NCBI GenBank assembly: GCA_964519305.1
Contig: CAZFHY010000016.1
Location: 1 to 64,000, forward strand
Direction of reading: 5' to 3'
Origin: Candidatus Undinarchaeota archaeon
Lineage (GTDB): Archaea > SpSt-1190 > JASMDC01
Length of the DNA stretch: 64,000 bases
The notes below the pieces were generated by a model. That model saw only the letters and a list, made by a program, of their open reading frames with translations, ran no database searches and was not told the origin of the DNA. This document shows, one piece after another, positions 46,756-56,519 of the stretch (position 1 is its first letter; each line of letters starts with the position of its first letter). The translations under genes were made by a program, and so were the position numbers.

Positions 46756-48438
46756 TCACTCGGCCCCCCTTGCGAGGAACGGTCCCAGTGCGAGATGTTC
46801 GAGCCCCGCGCGAACGAACCCGCGCACGGCGTCCTCCGGTGACGACACGATGGGCTCCTCGTGCATGTTGAACGATGTATTGAGGACCGTCGGGATACCC
46901 GTGGCCTTGAAATATGTGCTGATCACGCGATGGTAGGACGGCGATACGTCGGAATGGACGAGCTGGGGGCGTGCCGTCCCGTCCACGTGGACCACGCCAG
47001 GACAGGTCTCTCTCATCCACTCGGTACAGTCGAATGTGATGGTCATGAACCGGGCGGCGTCCTCGGCACCATCCATCCCCTCATAGCACTTGTGCGCCTC
47101 TTCCGCCAGTGTCGACGGGGCGAACGGCATGAACTCGCTGCGCTGCAGCTTCTCGTTGAGCCAGTCGTTCACCGAGGTATCGCCCGCCGAGTAGAGGATG
47201 CTGCGGTTCCCGAGCGCGCGGGGCCCGTACTCCATCCGCCCCGTGTACCGGGCGACGACCCGTTCGTCGGCAAGCAGGAGCCCCACCATCTTGTCGATGT
47301 CGCGCTCACGCTTGTACTCGAGCTTGGCCTCCTTGAGCGCCCGCTCCATCTCATCGTCCCCGTACCGTGGACCGAGGTACGCGGCCTTCATGGTCTTGGT
47401 GGATTTTCCCTTGCAGGCGAACGATGCGGCCGCACCGAAACCAAGCCCTCCGTCGCCCATGTGCGGGTGGACGAAGACCGATTCGACAGAGTCGAGCTCG
47501 TGGAGACGCTGATTGAGCTTGACGTTAGCGAACAGACCGCCCGCAAGAGCAAGGTGCGGAAGATCACGTCGTCGGACCCAGTCGGAGACGAATACGCACA
47601 CGCACTCCTCGAGCACCTTCTGCACGGCGGCGGCCACGTCGGCCCGGTCCGTCCTCTGGAACAGTTCGAACAGGTCCGGACGGGAACGCTTGAGATTGTT
47701 GATCACGTTGAACTGGCCGTCCCTGTACGAGAGCACCTCGCGCATCTCGCTCAGGACCGTTGCAGGATTGCCCTTTGCTGCAAGCCCGACGACCTTTCCC
47801 TCATGTCGACCAGGCCGGAACTTCAGTAGCTCGGTGAACTCGGAGTAGTAGCCCCCGACGCCGTGACCGGCATCAGCTGCATGTATGCGCTCGAGATGGC
47901 CTCCGGACCCGACTGACACGCTGACGGACAGACCGTCGCCCATGTGGTCCATGGTGACCACCAGGACCTCGTCACGACCGCAGGTGTGGTAAGCGGCCGC
48001 GGCATGGGCCGCATGATGGTCGACCACGTCCAGCGGAGCGTGGATGTCGAGCCCTGCGAGCCTGCGACGTATGACGGCAGCGGCACCGGCCCCCTCGATG
48101 GAGCGGATGCCCGGGAGCTTGGTCGAGAGCACCTGATAGTTGCGGTAGAGGTCCATGGTAAGACCGAAGGCGGACAGGTCCTTCCGCTGCGCCTTGTAGG
48201 TCCGTTGGGAGAGCCGGAGCGGGAGCGACGGGGTCAGGTGCGACGCGAGCACAGCGCGACGAACGTCCCCGGGAGCTAGTTCGGCGATGCTCAGGCATTC
48301 GAGGATAGAATTGCGCGGGAACCCGGTCTGGAACTTCTCACGTGTAAGGCGTTCCTCGTTGCACGCAGCGACGACCTTGCCGTCGACGAACACGGCGGCC
48401 CCGGAATCGTGGCCATCGCATACCCCGAGCACCGCCAT
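46756..48438 (-). CDS. carbamoyltransferase, NodU/CmcH/TobZ family
   Basis: GHDSGAA, NEERLTREK, HHAAHA, EGKVVGLAA, AGGLFANVKLN, EYGPRALGNRS, HVDGTARPQ, NTSFNMHEEP. Confidence 0.95.
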   Translation of the reverse strand: MAVLGVCDGHDSGAAVFVDGKVVAACNEERLTREKFQTGFPRNSILECLSIAELAPGDVRRAVLASHLTPSLPLRLSQRTYKAQRKDLSAFGLTMDLYRNYQVLSTKLPGIRSIEGAGAAAVIRRRLAGLDIHAPLDVVDHHAAHAAAAYHTCGRDEVLVVTMDHMGDGLSVSVSVGSGGHLERIHAADAGHGVGGYYSEFTELLKFRPGRHEGKVVGLAAKGNPATVLSEMREVLSYRDGQFNVINNLKRSRPDLFELFQRTDRADVAAAVQKVLEECVCVFVSDWVRRRDLPHLALAGGLFANVKLNQRLHELDSVESVFVHPHMGDGGLGFGAAASFACKGKSTKTMKAAYLGPRYGDDEMERALKEAKLEYKRERDIDKMVGLLLADERVVARYTGRMEYGPRALGNRSILYSAGDTSVNDWLNEKLQRSEFMPFAPSTLAEEAHKCYEGMDGAEDAARFMTITFDCTEWMRETCPGVVHVDGTARPQLVHSDVSPSYHRVISTYFKATGIPTVLNTSFNMHEEPIVSSPEDAVRGFVRAGLEHLALGPFLARGAE

Positions 48439-48491
48439 CGCTTCAGAGCCCTGCGTGGTTTTTTAAATAGCTTATGGCGGGCGTTCCCGGC

Positions 48492-49199
48492 TCAGAATGG
48501 GTAGCCGCGCTCTTCCATACCCTCGCGGAGCCGGTCGACGTAGTCGCCTGCCTTCTCGATGCGGTAGCCGGTGGGACCGCCGGTTGTAGCGGAGCCCGCT
48601 TCCTTGGCCATATCATCGAGCATGTTGTCCAGCGACTCTTCGGATGGTTTGGGCACAGAGTAATCGTTCTTCTGCCTGTCGGCCTTGCGCTCCCGGTACC
48701 CGTTGACCTCGGACTTGATCCCTCTGTAGAGTTCCTTTGCGTCCGTGATGCTCACGGGGGTCCCGATGGCGTAGTGGGCCAGTCCGGTCTGGGCCGCCTC
48801 GCTGAATAGGGCGTCCACGGTCTCGTGGGCCACCTCACGGGTCCCCTCGAGTCCGAACTCCTCTGCGGCCTCCTTCTTGCCATGGCCCTTCTTGAAGGTG
48901 TTGGTGATGTACCGCATCCCCATCTTGACAGGGACCTTGGCACCAGCGGCCGCGATGAACGAGGTCGTGCCGTGTGCGATGGCATCAGCGTAGGTCTGGA
49001 AAACAGGCATGTGCGTGGCCATGTAATCCTCGCACCCGGTGCCGTTAAGAATGGTACGTGCGCCGACATAGGCCCCGATACCGGCACCTACGGTACCGAT
49101 AGCGTTGTAGAGGTCCTCGTGCTTCTGGTAATGATCAACTACCTTATCCTTGATGGCACCATAAGCCCCAGGGATTCTCTCAAAGACCATGTCACGCAC
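48492..49199 (-). CDS. hypothetical protein with Gly/Ala-rich hydrophobic segments
   Basis: TATATAAA upstream; IGTVGAGIGAYVGA segment. Confidence 0.65.
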   Translation of the reverse strand: MRDMVFERIPGAYGAIKDKVVDHYQKHEDLYNAIGTVGAGIGAYVGARTILNGTGCEDYMATHMPVFQTYADAIAHGTTSFIAAAGAKVPVKMGMRYITNTFKKGHGKKEAAEEFGLEGTREVAHETVDALFSEAAQTGLAHYAIGTPVSITDAKELYRGIKSEVNGYRERKADRQKNDYSVPKPSEESLDNMLDDMAKEAGSATTGGPTGYRIEKAGDYVDRLREGMEERGYPF

Positions 49200-49257
49200 C
49201 TATCTATACATAATGCGATATGCCTTTATATAGTTTACCACGGGGTAGTGGTAACAA

Positions 49258-50646
49258 CTAATGTCCGGGCCATCCCAGGGCCAGGGCGGCCTCGGCTGCT
49301 GTAAGGGCCCGGCGGGGACTGGTGAGGAACGTAGGGAGATGTTCGAGCACCTTGCCCGGCCGGAAGTAGAACCGGCGGACAGCGTCGCGGCGTGCCGCTT
49401 CGACCTCCTCCGGGGAGATCCCGTCCATGGACACGACGGGCTCTTTGAAGAAGCAGAAATCAGACCAGTCACTGGATAGGAGGTGTTCGGAGCACTGGGG
49501 GAAGCTGGCAGTCCCGGGGAACGGGACGAACACGCCGAAGTACGCATAGTCCGGGTCGAGCTCCAGTGCGAGATCGGTCGTGCGTTGAGCGGACTCAGGG
49601 GTCTCTCCGGGAAGGCCGTAGATGAAGAAACCCTTGGACCTGATCCCTGAACCGCGCAGATTACGGAACGCCTGACGGAGCTGGTCAACTGTCACTCCTT
49701 TACCGATTGTGTCGAGCACGCGCTGGTCACCTGATTCCACGCCGACCTGGACCTCGACACATCCTGCATCGTGCATGGCAGAGAGGGTATCACTATCGAG
49801 GCGGTCGGCACGCGCGAGGCATGCCCAGCGCAGACCGAGACCGGAGTCGCGGATACGACGACACAGGGCGCGGGTCCGGGCCGTGTCGAGGGTGAACGTG
49901 TCGTCGAAGAAGAACACGAAGCCCACACCTTCCCGGGATAGGAGGCGGAGCTCGTCCATCACCGAATCAACGGAGCGGTACCTTACCCTGCGTCCGAATG
50001 TAAGTGACGTGGCACAGAACGTGCACTTGTGAGGGCAGCCCCGGGACGTCATCACCGAGGCATAGGGCTCGTCCTCGCCAGGATAGGCGAACGAGTAGGC
50101 ATCACGGGGGAACAGGTGTCGGGCTGGGAACGGGAGCCTGTCCAGTGGATCGATCAGGGCACGGGGAGCGGTCGGGACCGCACGATGGCCGCGTAACACG
50201 GCGAGCCCCGGTATGCTCTCGGGACGGACATCGCCCGCAGCCCAGCGGGATATATCCAAAACGGTGTCCTCGGCCTCGCCGATCACGCATGCGTCGACGT
50301 GTGGAAGAATGTCTTCGGGCCGTGCGGTTGGATGTGGTCCGCCGCAAACGCGGATGGCGTCCGGGAGACGTTCGGCGACCCGGTCGAATAGCCCTTGCAC
50401 CCATGGGACCAGCGGTGTCGGGCAGGTAGCGCCGACAACGTTAGGAGCGAGCGTCTCGAGACGGGCGACCACCTGGTCCATGGACAGGTCGTTGCCCATG
50501 GCATCAACGATGTGGACCTCGTGCCCCCGTGCCTGGAGAACAGCGGCGATGTACGCGAGCCCGAGGGGCATCTCCCCGTAGTCGGTCCGCGACACAGGGC
50601 CGAAGACCTCCCTGTAGGAAGGGTGCACTAGCGCCCATCGCACCAT
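49258..50646 (-). CDS. B12-binding (class B) radical SAM protein, HpnJ/BchE-like, paralogue D
   Basis: PLGLAYIAA, GGPHPT, TSRGCPHKCTFC, FDDTF, GVESG, GLPGET, PFPGT. Confidence 0.93.
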   Translation of the reverse strand: MVRWALVHPSYREVFGPVSRTDYGEMPLGLAYIAAVLQARGHEVHIVDAMGNDLSMDQVVARLETLAPNVVGATCPTPLVPWVQGLFDRVAERLPDAIRVCGGPHPTARPEDILPHVDACVIGEAEDTVLDISRWAAGDVRPESIPGLAVLRGHRAVPTAPRALIDPLDRLPFPARHLFPRDAYSFAYPGEDEPYASVMTSRGCPHKCTFCATSLTFGRRVRYRSVDSVMDELRLLSREGVGFVFFFDDTFTLDTARTRALCRRIRDSGLGLRWACLARADRLDSDTLSAMHDAGCVEVQVGVESGDQRVLDTIGKGVTVDQLRQAFRNLRGSGIRSKGFFIYGLPGETPESAQRTTDLALELDPDYAYFGVFVPFPGTASFPQCSEHLLSSDWSDFCFFKEPVVSMDGISPEEVEAARRDAVRRFYFRPGKVLEHLPTFLTSPRRALTAAEAALALGWPGH

Positions 50647-50677
50647 TACCGGTACAAGGCGCTGCAGGTTTAAATAA

Positions 50678-52297
50678 TCAGCGAGAGCGGTAGATGAAGT
50701 ACCGGTCCTCGCCGCACCTCTTCACCGTCGTCACGGACGATACGTCACGCCCGAAGAGGACGTTCGGGACCACAGACAAGATATCCTCACGCGTCCCCTG
50801 CTCGCCCGGAGCCAGTATCCGCAGGTCAGGCTCGTCCTTCTTCTCCTGGTCCATCAGCGTCGCGACGATGACGGCCGGACCGGTCCCGACGGGCCCCTGT
50901 ACGTCCAGTCCCGAACCTTCGAACCCTCTGGTCTGATAGTCGGAAGGATCGAGCGCTGTGTAGAACGCTGCATGGACGGGACCCTCGTGTACGTTGCGAG
51001 TGAGCACGACCAGCTCATCCGTCCGTGCAGAAGAGACGGCAGTGGTGATGGCCTCTCCAAGCCCGGCGCGCCAGTTGTAGAGCGAGACCTCCTCGCAGGG
51101 ATACTCGATCAGGTAGCTGTGCATCTCGACCGCGGCCGAGAGGACGATACCGAGGCAGAGGATGGCGATGATGGACCGGTCCTTGCGTGCGAGAGCGAGC
51201 CCCCGGGCGGCAAGGATGTGCACGAGCGGTAGGACGACGATCAACCTCTGATGGCTTGTGACCTGGTCGGTGAGCGACGCAGGCAGCGGCGCGAGAAGTA
51301 ACCAGACGATGAGGAGCGCCGCCTCTGGAGAGCGTCGGCGGACGCGGACGGTCGCCCAGATGCCCGCGAGCGCAAGGAGCGCATGCACGGGGAGGAGAGC
51401 TCGATGGAACGGAGGGATGCCCATCGCATCGCTGTCCACCTGTCTAAAGAGCGGTCCCGAGAGGGTATAGTGGAGGTAGTTACGTGCCGCGCCCGCAACT
51501 GAGAGCAGGTGACCGGGGAGCCCGGAAAGGCCCGGATAGGTGCGCACGAGGTTGTCACGCGCCTGCGGTCCGAACACGGATACCTGCCAGAACCGTGCTT
51601 CCGCGGCCCCGGGCTCGGATACCTGGAACAGGAACGAGGGTAGGACGAGGAGTGTGAAGACGATCACGGCGGGCGCCAGCGCGCGGGACCGGGCGATCCT
51701 TCTTCGATAAGGCCACAGGACCGTGGCGACGAGGAACGGTGCGACGACCTTGCCCACGGCATAGGCGTAGAACAGGAGCGCCGCCGGTACCGCAGCGTAT
51801 ACGAGATGACGGCTCTTCCGCTTCACGAGATAGAGGTGGTAGAGCATCGTCGTCAGCAGGAACGGTACGACGATGGCGTCCGGTGACGACCGGGACAGAT
51901 GGATGTGCATCGGACTGAGAGCGAGGAATAGAGCTACGACGTCCGCCGGCCATGTGCCCCAGACAACTGCCACGAAGGCGTAGGCGGAGGCGATGCCGAG
52001 CATACCGTACATCACGCCCGCGAGCCGGACGGCGTTCTCGCCCAGTCCGGTCGCCATCACGAATGGGACCACTGAGTAGACGGTGAGCGCCGGTTTATAG
52101 TCGCCCCAAGAGCGGAATAGAAGTGGATAGGTGACGCCGTGCGAGTCCTTCCCGGTCAGCAGCACCGAGTACGCGTCGTACCCCTCGTACACGTGATCAT
52201 AGTTGAACCCCGGTGGGACCGCGTCGAGCCAGGCGGTGCGCAGGATGGCGGCCACGATGAGAATGGCCAGCACACGCGCCCGGGGCGGGAGCCTCAT
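50678..52297 (-). CDS. ArnT/PMT-family (GT-C) membrane glycosyltransferase
   Basis: LR...L..VPPGF..D...GYDAYSVLLTGKD.HG...PL.F...GDYKP; AVRL; SPMHIHLSR; multiple TM segments. Confidence 0.88.
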   Translation of the reverse strand: MRLPPRARVLAILIVAAILRTAWLDAVPPGFNYDHVYEGYDAYSVLLTGKDSHGVTYPLLFRSWGDYKPALTVYSVVPFVMATGLGENAVRLAGVMYGMLGIASAYAFVAVVWGTWPADVVALFLALSPMHIHLSRSSPDAIVVPFLLTTMLYHLYLVKRKSRHLVYAAVPAALLFYAYAVGKVVAPFLVATVLWPYRRRIARSRALAPAVIVFTLLVLPSFLFQVSEPGAAEARFWQVSVFGPQARDNLVRTYPGLSGLPGHLLSVAGAARNYLHYTLSGPLFRQVDSDAMGIPPFHRALLPVHALLALAGIWATVRVRRRSPEAALLIVWLLLAPLPASLTDQVTSHQRLIVVLPLVHILAARGLALARKDRSIIAILCLGIVLSAAVEMHSYLIEYPCEEVSLYNWRAGLGEAITTAVSSARTDELVVLTRNVHEGPVHAAFYTALDPSDYQTRGFEGSGLDVQGPVGTGPAVIVATLMDQEKKDEPDLRILAPGEQGTREDILSVVPNVLFGRDVSSVTTVKRCGEDRYFIYRSR

Positions 52298-52409
52298 GAC
52301 GTGAGGTGCGCGCTCAACACATAAAAAGGCCATGTCGGCGCCTCGGCCTCACGGTCCCGGCCCACCCGAGCGTAACTTTATATAGGAAACGAACCGCCCA
52401 CGGGGAGCA

Positions 52410-53456
52410 ATGGGCTACGCCAACCCCAAGGTTCAACAGATTCACGACCAGACCGTGATGTTCGCACGGTCGGTCTATTCGGTCTTCATCCTCGGGTTGA
52501 TGACCCAGCTCATGGCAACGTCACGCGGTCTTGCCGACGCACTCTACATGGGCTTCACCTACATGCGCTGGCTGGACGACATCTGCGACGAGTCGCCCAT
52601 GCCCATGGAGGAGAAGCTCGCCCTCCTCGAGGAGAACATCTCCCGGCTCCGGCGCTGGAAGACCGAGGACCTCGACGAGGTCGGCCTCTTCACCCTTCGC
52701 GTCGAGGAACGGTGCGCGTACTTCTTCGTGAAGGACTCGATCCAGGTGCTGAAGGCGCGTGGCATGAGGGACAAGCGTATCGACGAGTATCTGGAGAACT
52801 TCTTCGAGATGATCACGTCCATCGAGGTGGACACCAAGAACCACGGGCGGATCATCCCCTCCAAGGAGTTCTACGAGCACGTCTACTACAAGCGCGCTGG
52901 CGTCGGGTTCATGACCTCGCCCTACCTCACGCTCAACGAACCCTCGGACAACCTCATCAAGGCCTTCGAGTACTTCGGCTACCTCTGGCAGGTCAACAAC
53001 GACAACATCGGTATCGCCAAGGACCTGAACTGCGACATGTACAACATCACCAAGGAGGAGGTCGAGAAGCACAACATCGACTTCGACAGCTTCCGGGGGG
53101 ACTACAACCAGCTGGTCCTGTACCTCGGTCGCGAGACCACCTTCTTCGAGGACCGGGTCAACCTCCTCAAGCGCTGGGGCACCATCGTGAAAGATAACAT
53201 CGGCGATCTGCCCTTCTTCCAGCGGGTCCTCGCGCGACGCGCGGTGAACCTCATGACGCCCGACGACTTCAAGCCGGGATCGACCCACTACGATCTGCTG
53301 ATCGCCATCTACTCGTTCAACAAGGACAAGTACCAATACATGGCCTGGATATCCACCATATTCATGCCCGAGTGGTTCGAGCTGTTCCTGCTACGTCACG
53401 TGATAGGGGTCGGGCCGGCCAGTACTACCGCCACCGACGCGGTCACCACGGCCTGA
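52410..53456 (+). CDS. isoprenoid-synthase-fold protein (divergent squalene/phytoene synthase-like)
   Basis: Y..F.YMRWLDDICDE (DDxxD), YYKRAGVG, second Asp/Asn motif QVNNDNIGIAKD. Confidence 0.65.
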   Translation: MGYANPKVQQIHDQTVMFARSVYSVFILGLMTQLMATSRGLADALYMGFTYMRWLDDICDESPMPMEEKLALLEENISRLRRWKTEDLDEVGLFTLRVEERCAYFFVKDSIQVLKARGMRDKRIDEYLENFFEMITSIEVDTKNHGRIIPSKEFYEHVYYKRAGVGFMTSPYLTLNEPSDNLIKAFEYFGYLWQVNNDNIGIAKDLNCDMYNITKEEVEKHNIDFDSFRGDYNQLVLYLGRETTFFEDRVNLLKRWGTIVKDNIGDLPFFQRVLARRAVNLMTPDDFKPGSTHYDLLIAIYSFNKDKYQYMAWISTIFMPEWFELFLLRHVIGVGPASTTATDAVTTA

Positions 53457-53463
53457 GCGGTCC

Positions 53464-54123
53464 CTACCGGGGACGGCCCATCCACTTGCCCGGGAACCTG
53501 GCAGCACGCAACAGCTGCACGTGCACCCGGGTGACGAGGGATATCTCGCTGCCCCCTGCGTGGACGCGACCCTTCCGCAGGTGCTCGAGCACATCATCGA
53601 CGCTATCCGCCGACGGGACCTCGGTCCATCCCGCTCCCACCTGGGCCGTGACATGTGCATCGCTCCCGCCGGTGCCCATGAGACCGAGCCGGTGCGCATT
53701 GGTCCGGGCCTCATGGTTGCTCCCGGGGAACAGCGAGGCGTTGAACACCTCGAGCCCGTCAAGGGGTAGCTTTTCAACGAGCGTGCCCAGGCCGTGCTTG
53801 TTGCGGAGGATGCCGGTGAACGGGTGCGGGGCGACGGCCACGCCGCCCTGGTCATGGATCGACTCGATGACCTCTTCTGGTGTTCCCGAGGGGACACTGG
53901 TGACACCGTAGGCGAGGATCTCTCCGACGTGGGTCATGACCTCGACACCGGGGATAATGAGACAAGGACCGTTCACGGGCCGCTTATGGGCCGCCAGCGT
54001 GCCATGGTCGGTGATGGCGATGCCGGCGAGCCCGTGGGCAACAGCAGCGCGGAGTAGGGCGCGTGGATCGTCGACGCCGTCACGGCTGTGACAGGAGTGG
54101 GTATGGAGATCGAGCCGTGGCAT
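53464..54123 (-). CDS. PHP-domain metal-dependent phosphoesterase
   Basis: DLHTHS..SRDG, AITDH, PGVEV, APHPF, LEVFN, GGSDAH. Confidence 0.92.
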   Translation of the reverse strand: MPRLDLHTHSCHSRDGVDDPRALLRAAVAHGLAGIAITDHGTLAAHKRPVNGPCLIIPGVEVMTHVGEILAYGVTSVPSGTPEEVIESIHDQGGVAVAPHPFTGILRNKHGLGTLVEKLPLDGLEVFNASLFPGSNHEARTNAHRLGLMGTGGSDAHVTAQVGAGWTEVPSADSVDDVLEHLRKGRVHAGGSEISLVTRVHVQLLRAARFPGKWMGRPR

Positions 54124-54159
54124 CCCGGTGTTGGGGATGTTGCGTCGAGGTTAAATACC

Positions 54160-54672
54160 CTACGTCCAGGAGCTGATGGCCTCTTCCATATGGTCGATAT
54201 AGGAACTGATCTCCTCCGCTACGAAGGAGTTGTCGACCATGTCCAGACGATCGCCACAGTCCGGGCAGCTGAACTCCATCTCGAACGCGTTCTCGAACGC
54301 TACACGAGTGCATCCAGTATCACACGTGAACATGTTCTCATGCGTCTCGTTCATCAGCTTCTCCCGTAGCATGTTGATGGTCTGACGCCGTCTCTCCACC
54401 AGGATATGTGACAGCTTGGACTCGTTCAGGCTCCAGATATACATGAGCTTCTCGGTCTTTTCGCACTTCCGCTTCTCGAAGCCCACTACGTTCTTGTCGT
54501 ACAGCCGATAGAGAATGCCCCTTGCCTTGTTCCAGGACAGTCCCATGACCTGTGCCAGATTGAAATCCGAGATCTCGCCTTTGGTCCGTAGGATCCGTAC
54601 TACGTCCAAGGCCTTCAGCCCTCCGATTCCCGTCAGCACCTCTACCAGCATTGGATCAGCAAATATCTCCAT
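54160..54672 (-). CDS. tfe: transcription initiation factor E alpha
   Basis: wHTH (..ARGILYRLYDKNVV) plus FTCDTGCTRVAFENAFEMEFSCPDCGDRL..DN. Confidence 0.92.
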   Translation of the reverse strand: MEIFADPMLVEVLTGIGGLKALDVVRILRTKGEISDFNLAQVMGLSWNKARGILYRLYDKNVVGFEKRKCEKTEKLMYIWSLNESKLSHILVERRRQTINMLREKLMNETHENMFTCDTGCTRVAFENAFEMEFSCPDCGDRLDMVDNSFVAEEISSYIDHMEEAISSWT

Positions 54673-54764
54673 ATTAAACCCTCCGTCACTACTCTCCAGT
54701 TGTACATACTATTGTTGGAAGTTGTATATAAAGGTTTCGTTTATTTACCATTCCAGAGTAGTAA

Positions 54765-56138
54765 CTACTTCCGAAGGATCCCCTTGCCAGCAAGGATACC
54801 GGTCGCAGCGGCCCCGACGATGCCTCTTGACACACCTGCACCGTCGCCGGCAACGAACATCCCCTTGAGGGATGTTTCCATGGACGGGCCGACCTTCATG
54901 CGCATGGCGTGGAACTTGACCTCCGGTGCGTAGAGCAGGGTAGCGTCCGAGGCCACGCCCGGTACGGTGTGGTCGAGCATGTCGAGCCCCTCCGTGATCC
55001 CGGTCACGATGCGGCTGGGCAGGGCCATGGAGATGTCGCCCGGTGTCACCGAGTGGAGCGTGGGCCGCACGTAGCTGCGTTCGATCCGGCTCGTGCTGGA
55101 GCGGCGTCCCTTGCGCAGGTCGCCCAGGCGCTGGAGGATGGGCTTACCCCCGCCGATGGTGGAGGCGAGCTTGGCGATAGAGCTGCCGTAGGCGATGGTG
55201 TTCTCCATAGGTTCTGTGAGCCCTATGCGGGTGAGGAAGGCGAAGTTGGTGTTCTGCGAGTGACGGCCGCGCATGGAATGACCGTTGACGAGCACGAAGT
55301 CGTCATGGCGCTCTTCCACGACGTACCCTCCGGGACACGTGCAGAACGTACGCACGAAGTCGTCGTACGTACCGGTGCGGATGTGGAACTTAGGGTCCCA
55401 GTTGATCTCGGTGACGTCGTGCATGATGACCTCGGGCACCTCGACACGTACGCCAACGTCGATGGGATTGTAGGTGACGTCGATACCGAGCGTACGGGCC
55501 TGGTTGTCCAGCCATTTGGCGCCCACGCGTCCGGTGGCTATTAGGAGGTTATCGCACTTGATGGTCGAACCGTCGATCTTGATGCCCTTCACGCGCCCCT
55601 TATCAGCGACGATGTCAGATGCCTCGTTCTTGAGCAGGAAGTCGATCCCGTCGGCCTTGAGCTCGTTCATGAGGTTGGTTATGACCGAGGGCAGGTGGTC
55701 CGAACCGATGTGACGCTGCTTGATGGGGATGAACCTGATGCCGTTCTTTGCCGCGTGCTTGGCGAGCCGGCGGGTGGCGGCCTTGTCGAAGCTGAGCTCG
55801 TCGGGCGCACCGTGGCGGATGAAGACCTTGTCCACCTCGTCGATGAGGCCGTAAGCCTCCTCGTCGGTCTTTGTGAACTCGGTGAGGTCGCCCCCGATAC
55901 GGGGGTCGAGATTGAGCTTCCCGTCGGAGAACAGCCCTGATCCGCCGACCCCGTACATGAGGTCGCAGGAATTACAGTTGTGGCAGAAGCCCTTGTCGAC
56001 CTCCGGGCAGTGGCGTTTGTTGGGTTCCTTACCCCTGTCGACGACCAGTATCTTGAGGCCTTTTCCGGCAAGGGTGTGAGCGGCCAGAAGTCCGCCAGGA
56101 CCGGCACCCACTATCACCACGTCATATGAGCGTGTCAC
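54765..56138 (-). CDS. FAD-dependent dehydrogenase (COG2509-like)
   Basis: VVIVGAGPGG, GVGGSGLFSDGKL, RHIGSD, RTFCTCPGG, LYAPEVKF, AGDGAGVSRG. Confidence 0.92.
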   Translation of the reverse strand: MTRSYDVVIVGAGPGGLLAAHTLAGKGLKILVVDRGKEPNKRHCPEVDKGFCHNCNSCDLMYGVGGSGLFSDGKLNLDPRIGGDLTEFTKTDEEAYGLIDEVDKVFIRHGAPDELSFDKAATRRLAKHAAKNGIRFIPIKQRHIGSDHLPSVITNLMNELKADGIDFLLKNEASDIVADKGRVKGIKIDGSTIKCDNLLIATGRVGAKWLDNQARTLGIDVTYNPIDVGVRVEVPEVIMHDVTEINWDPKFHIRTGTYDDFVRTFCTCPGGYVVEERHDDFVLVNGHSMRGRHSQNTNFAFLTRIGLTEPMENTIAYGSSIAKLASTIGGGKPILQRLGDLRKGRRSSTSRIERSYVRPTLHSVTPGDISMALPSRIVTGITEGLDMLDHTVPGVASDATLLYAPEVKFHAMRMKVGPSMETSLKGMFVAGDGAGVSRGIVGAAATGILAGKGILRK

Positions 56139-56240
56139 GGGCCTTCCGTCCCCTCTAAACATTTATTAATGTGCCGGGGACGGCACCGGCCTTCCGCACC
56201 CCGCAGAAAGGTTTAAGACCGTTGGCCCCGAGGCCCTTGG

Positions 56241-56519
56241 ATGACGAAGTCGGGACCTCGGTTCCTGCTCGTTCTGGTGGGAGCGACGGCGATGCTGTAC
56301 GCTCTCGACCGGATCACCGGGATGGACCCGGCGTTCTACCAGAGCGTGCTGTTCCTGTTCGTCCTGACGGCGTCGTCGGCGTACATATTCCTTGGAGGCG
56401 AACGTGATGAAGGAGAAGACGAAGGTACTACTGATCATCTGCGACGGGCTGGGCGGACGTCCGGTGGAGGCACTGGGGGGTCTGACCCCTCTGGAGGTCG
56501 CACGGACGCCGAACCTTGA
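56241..56519 (+). CDS. small two-TM protein overlapping the apgM start
   Basis: TTTAAG box about 25 nt upstream; two hydrophobic helices. Confidence 0.55.
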   Translation: MTKSGPRFLLVLVGATAMLYALDRITGMDPAFYQSVLFLFVLTASSAYIFLGGERDEGEDEGTTDHLRRAGRTSGGGTGGSDPSGGRTDAEP

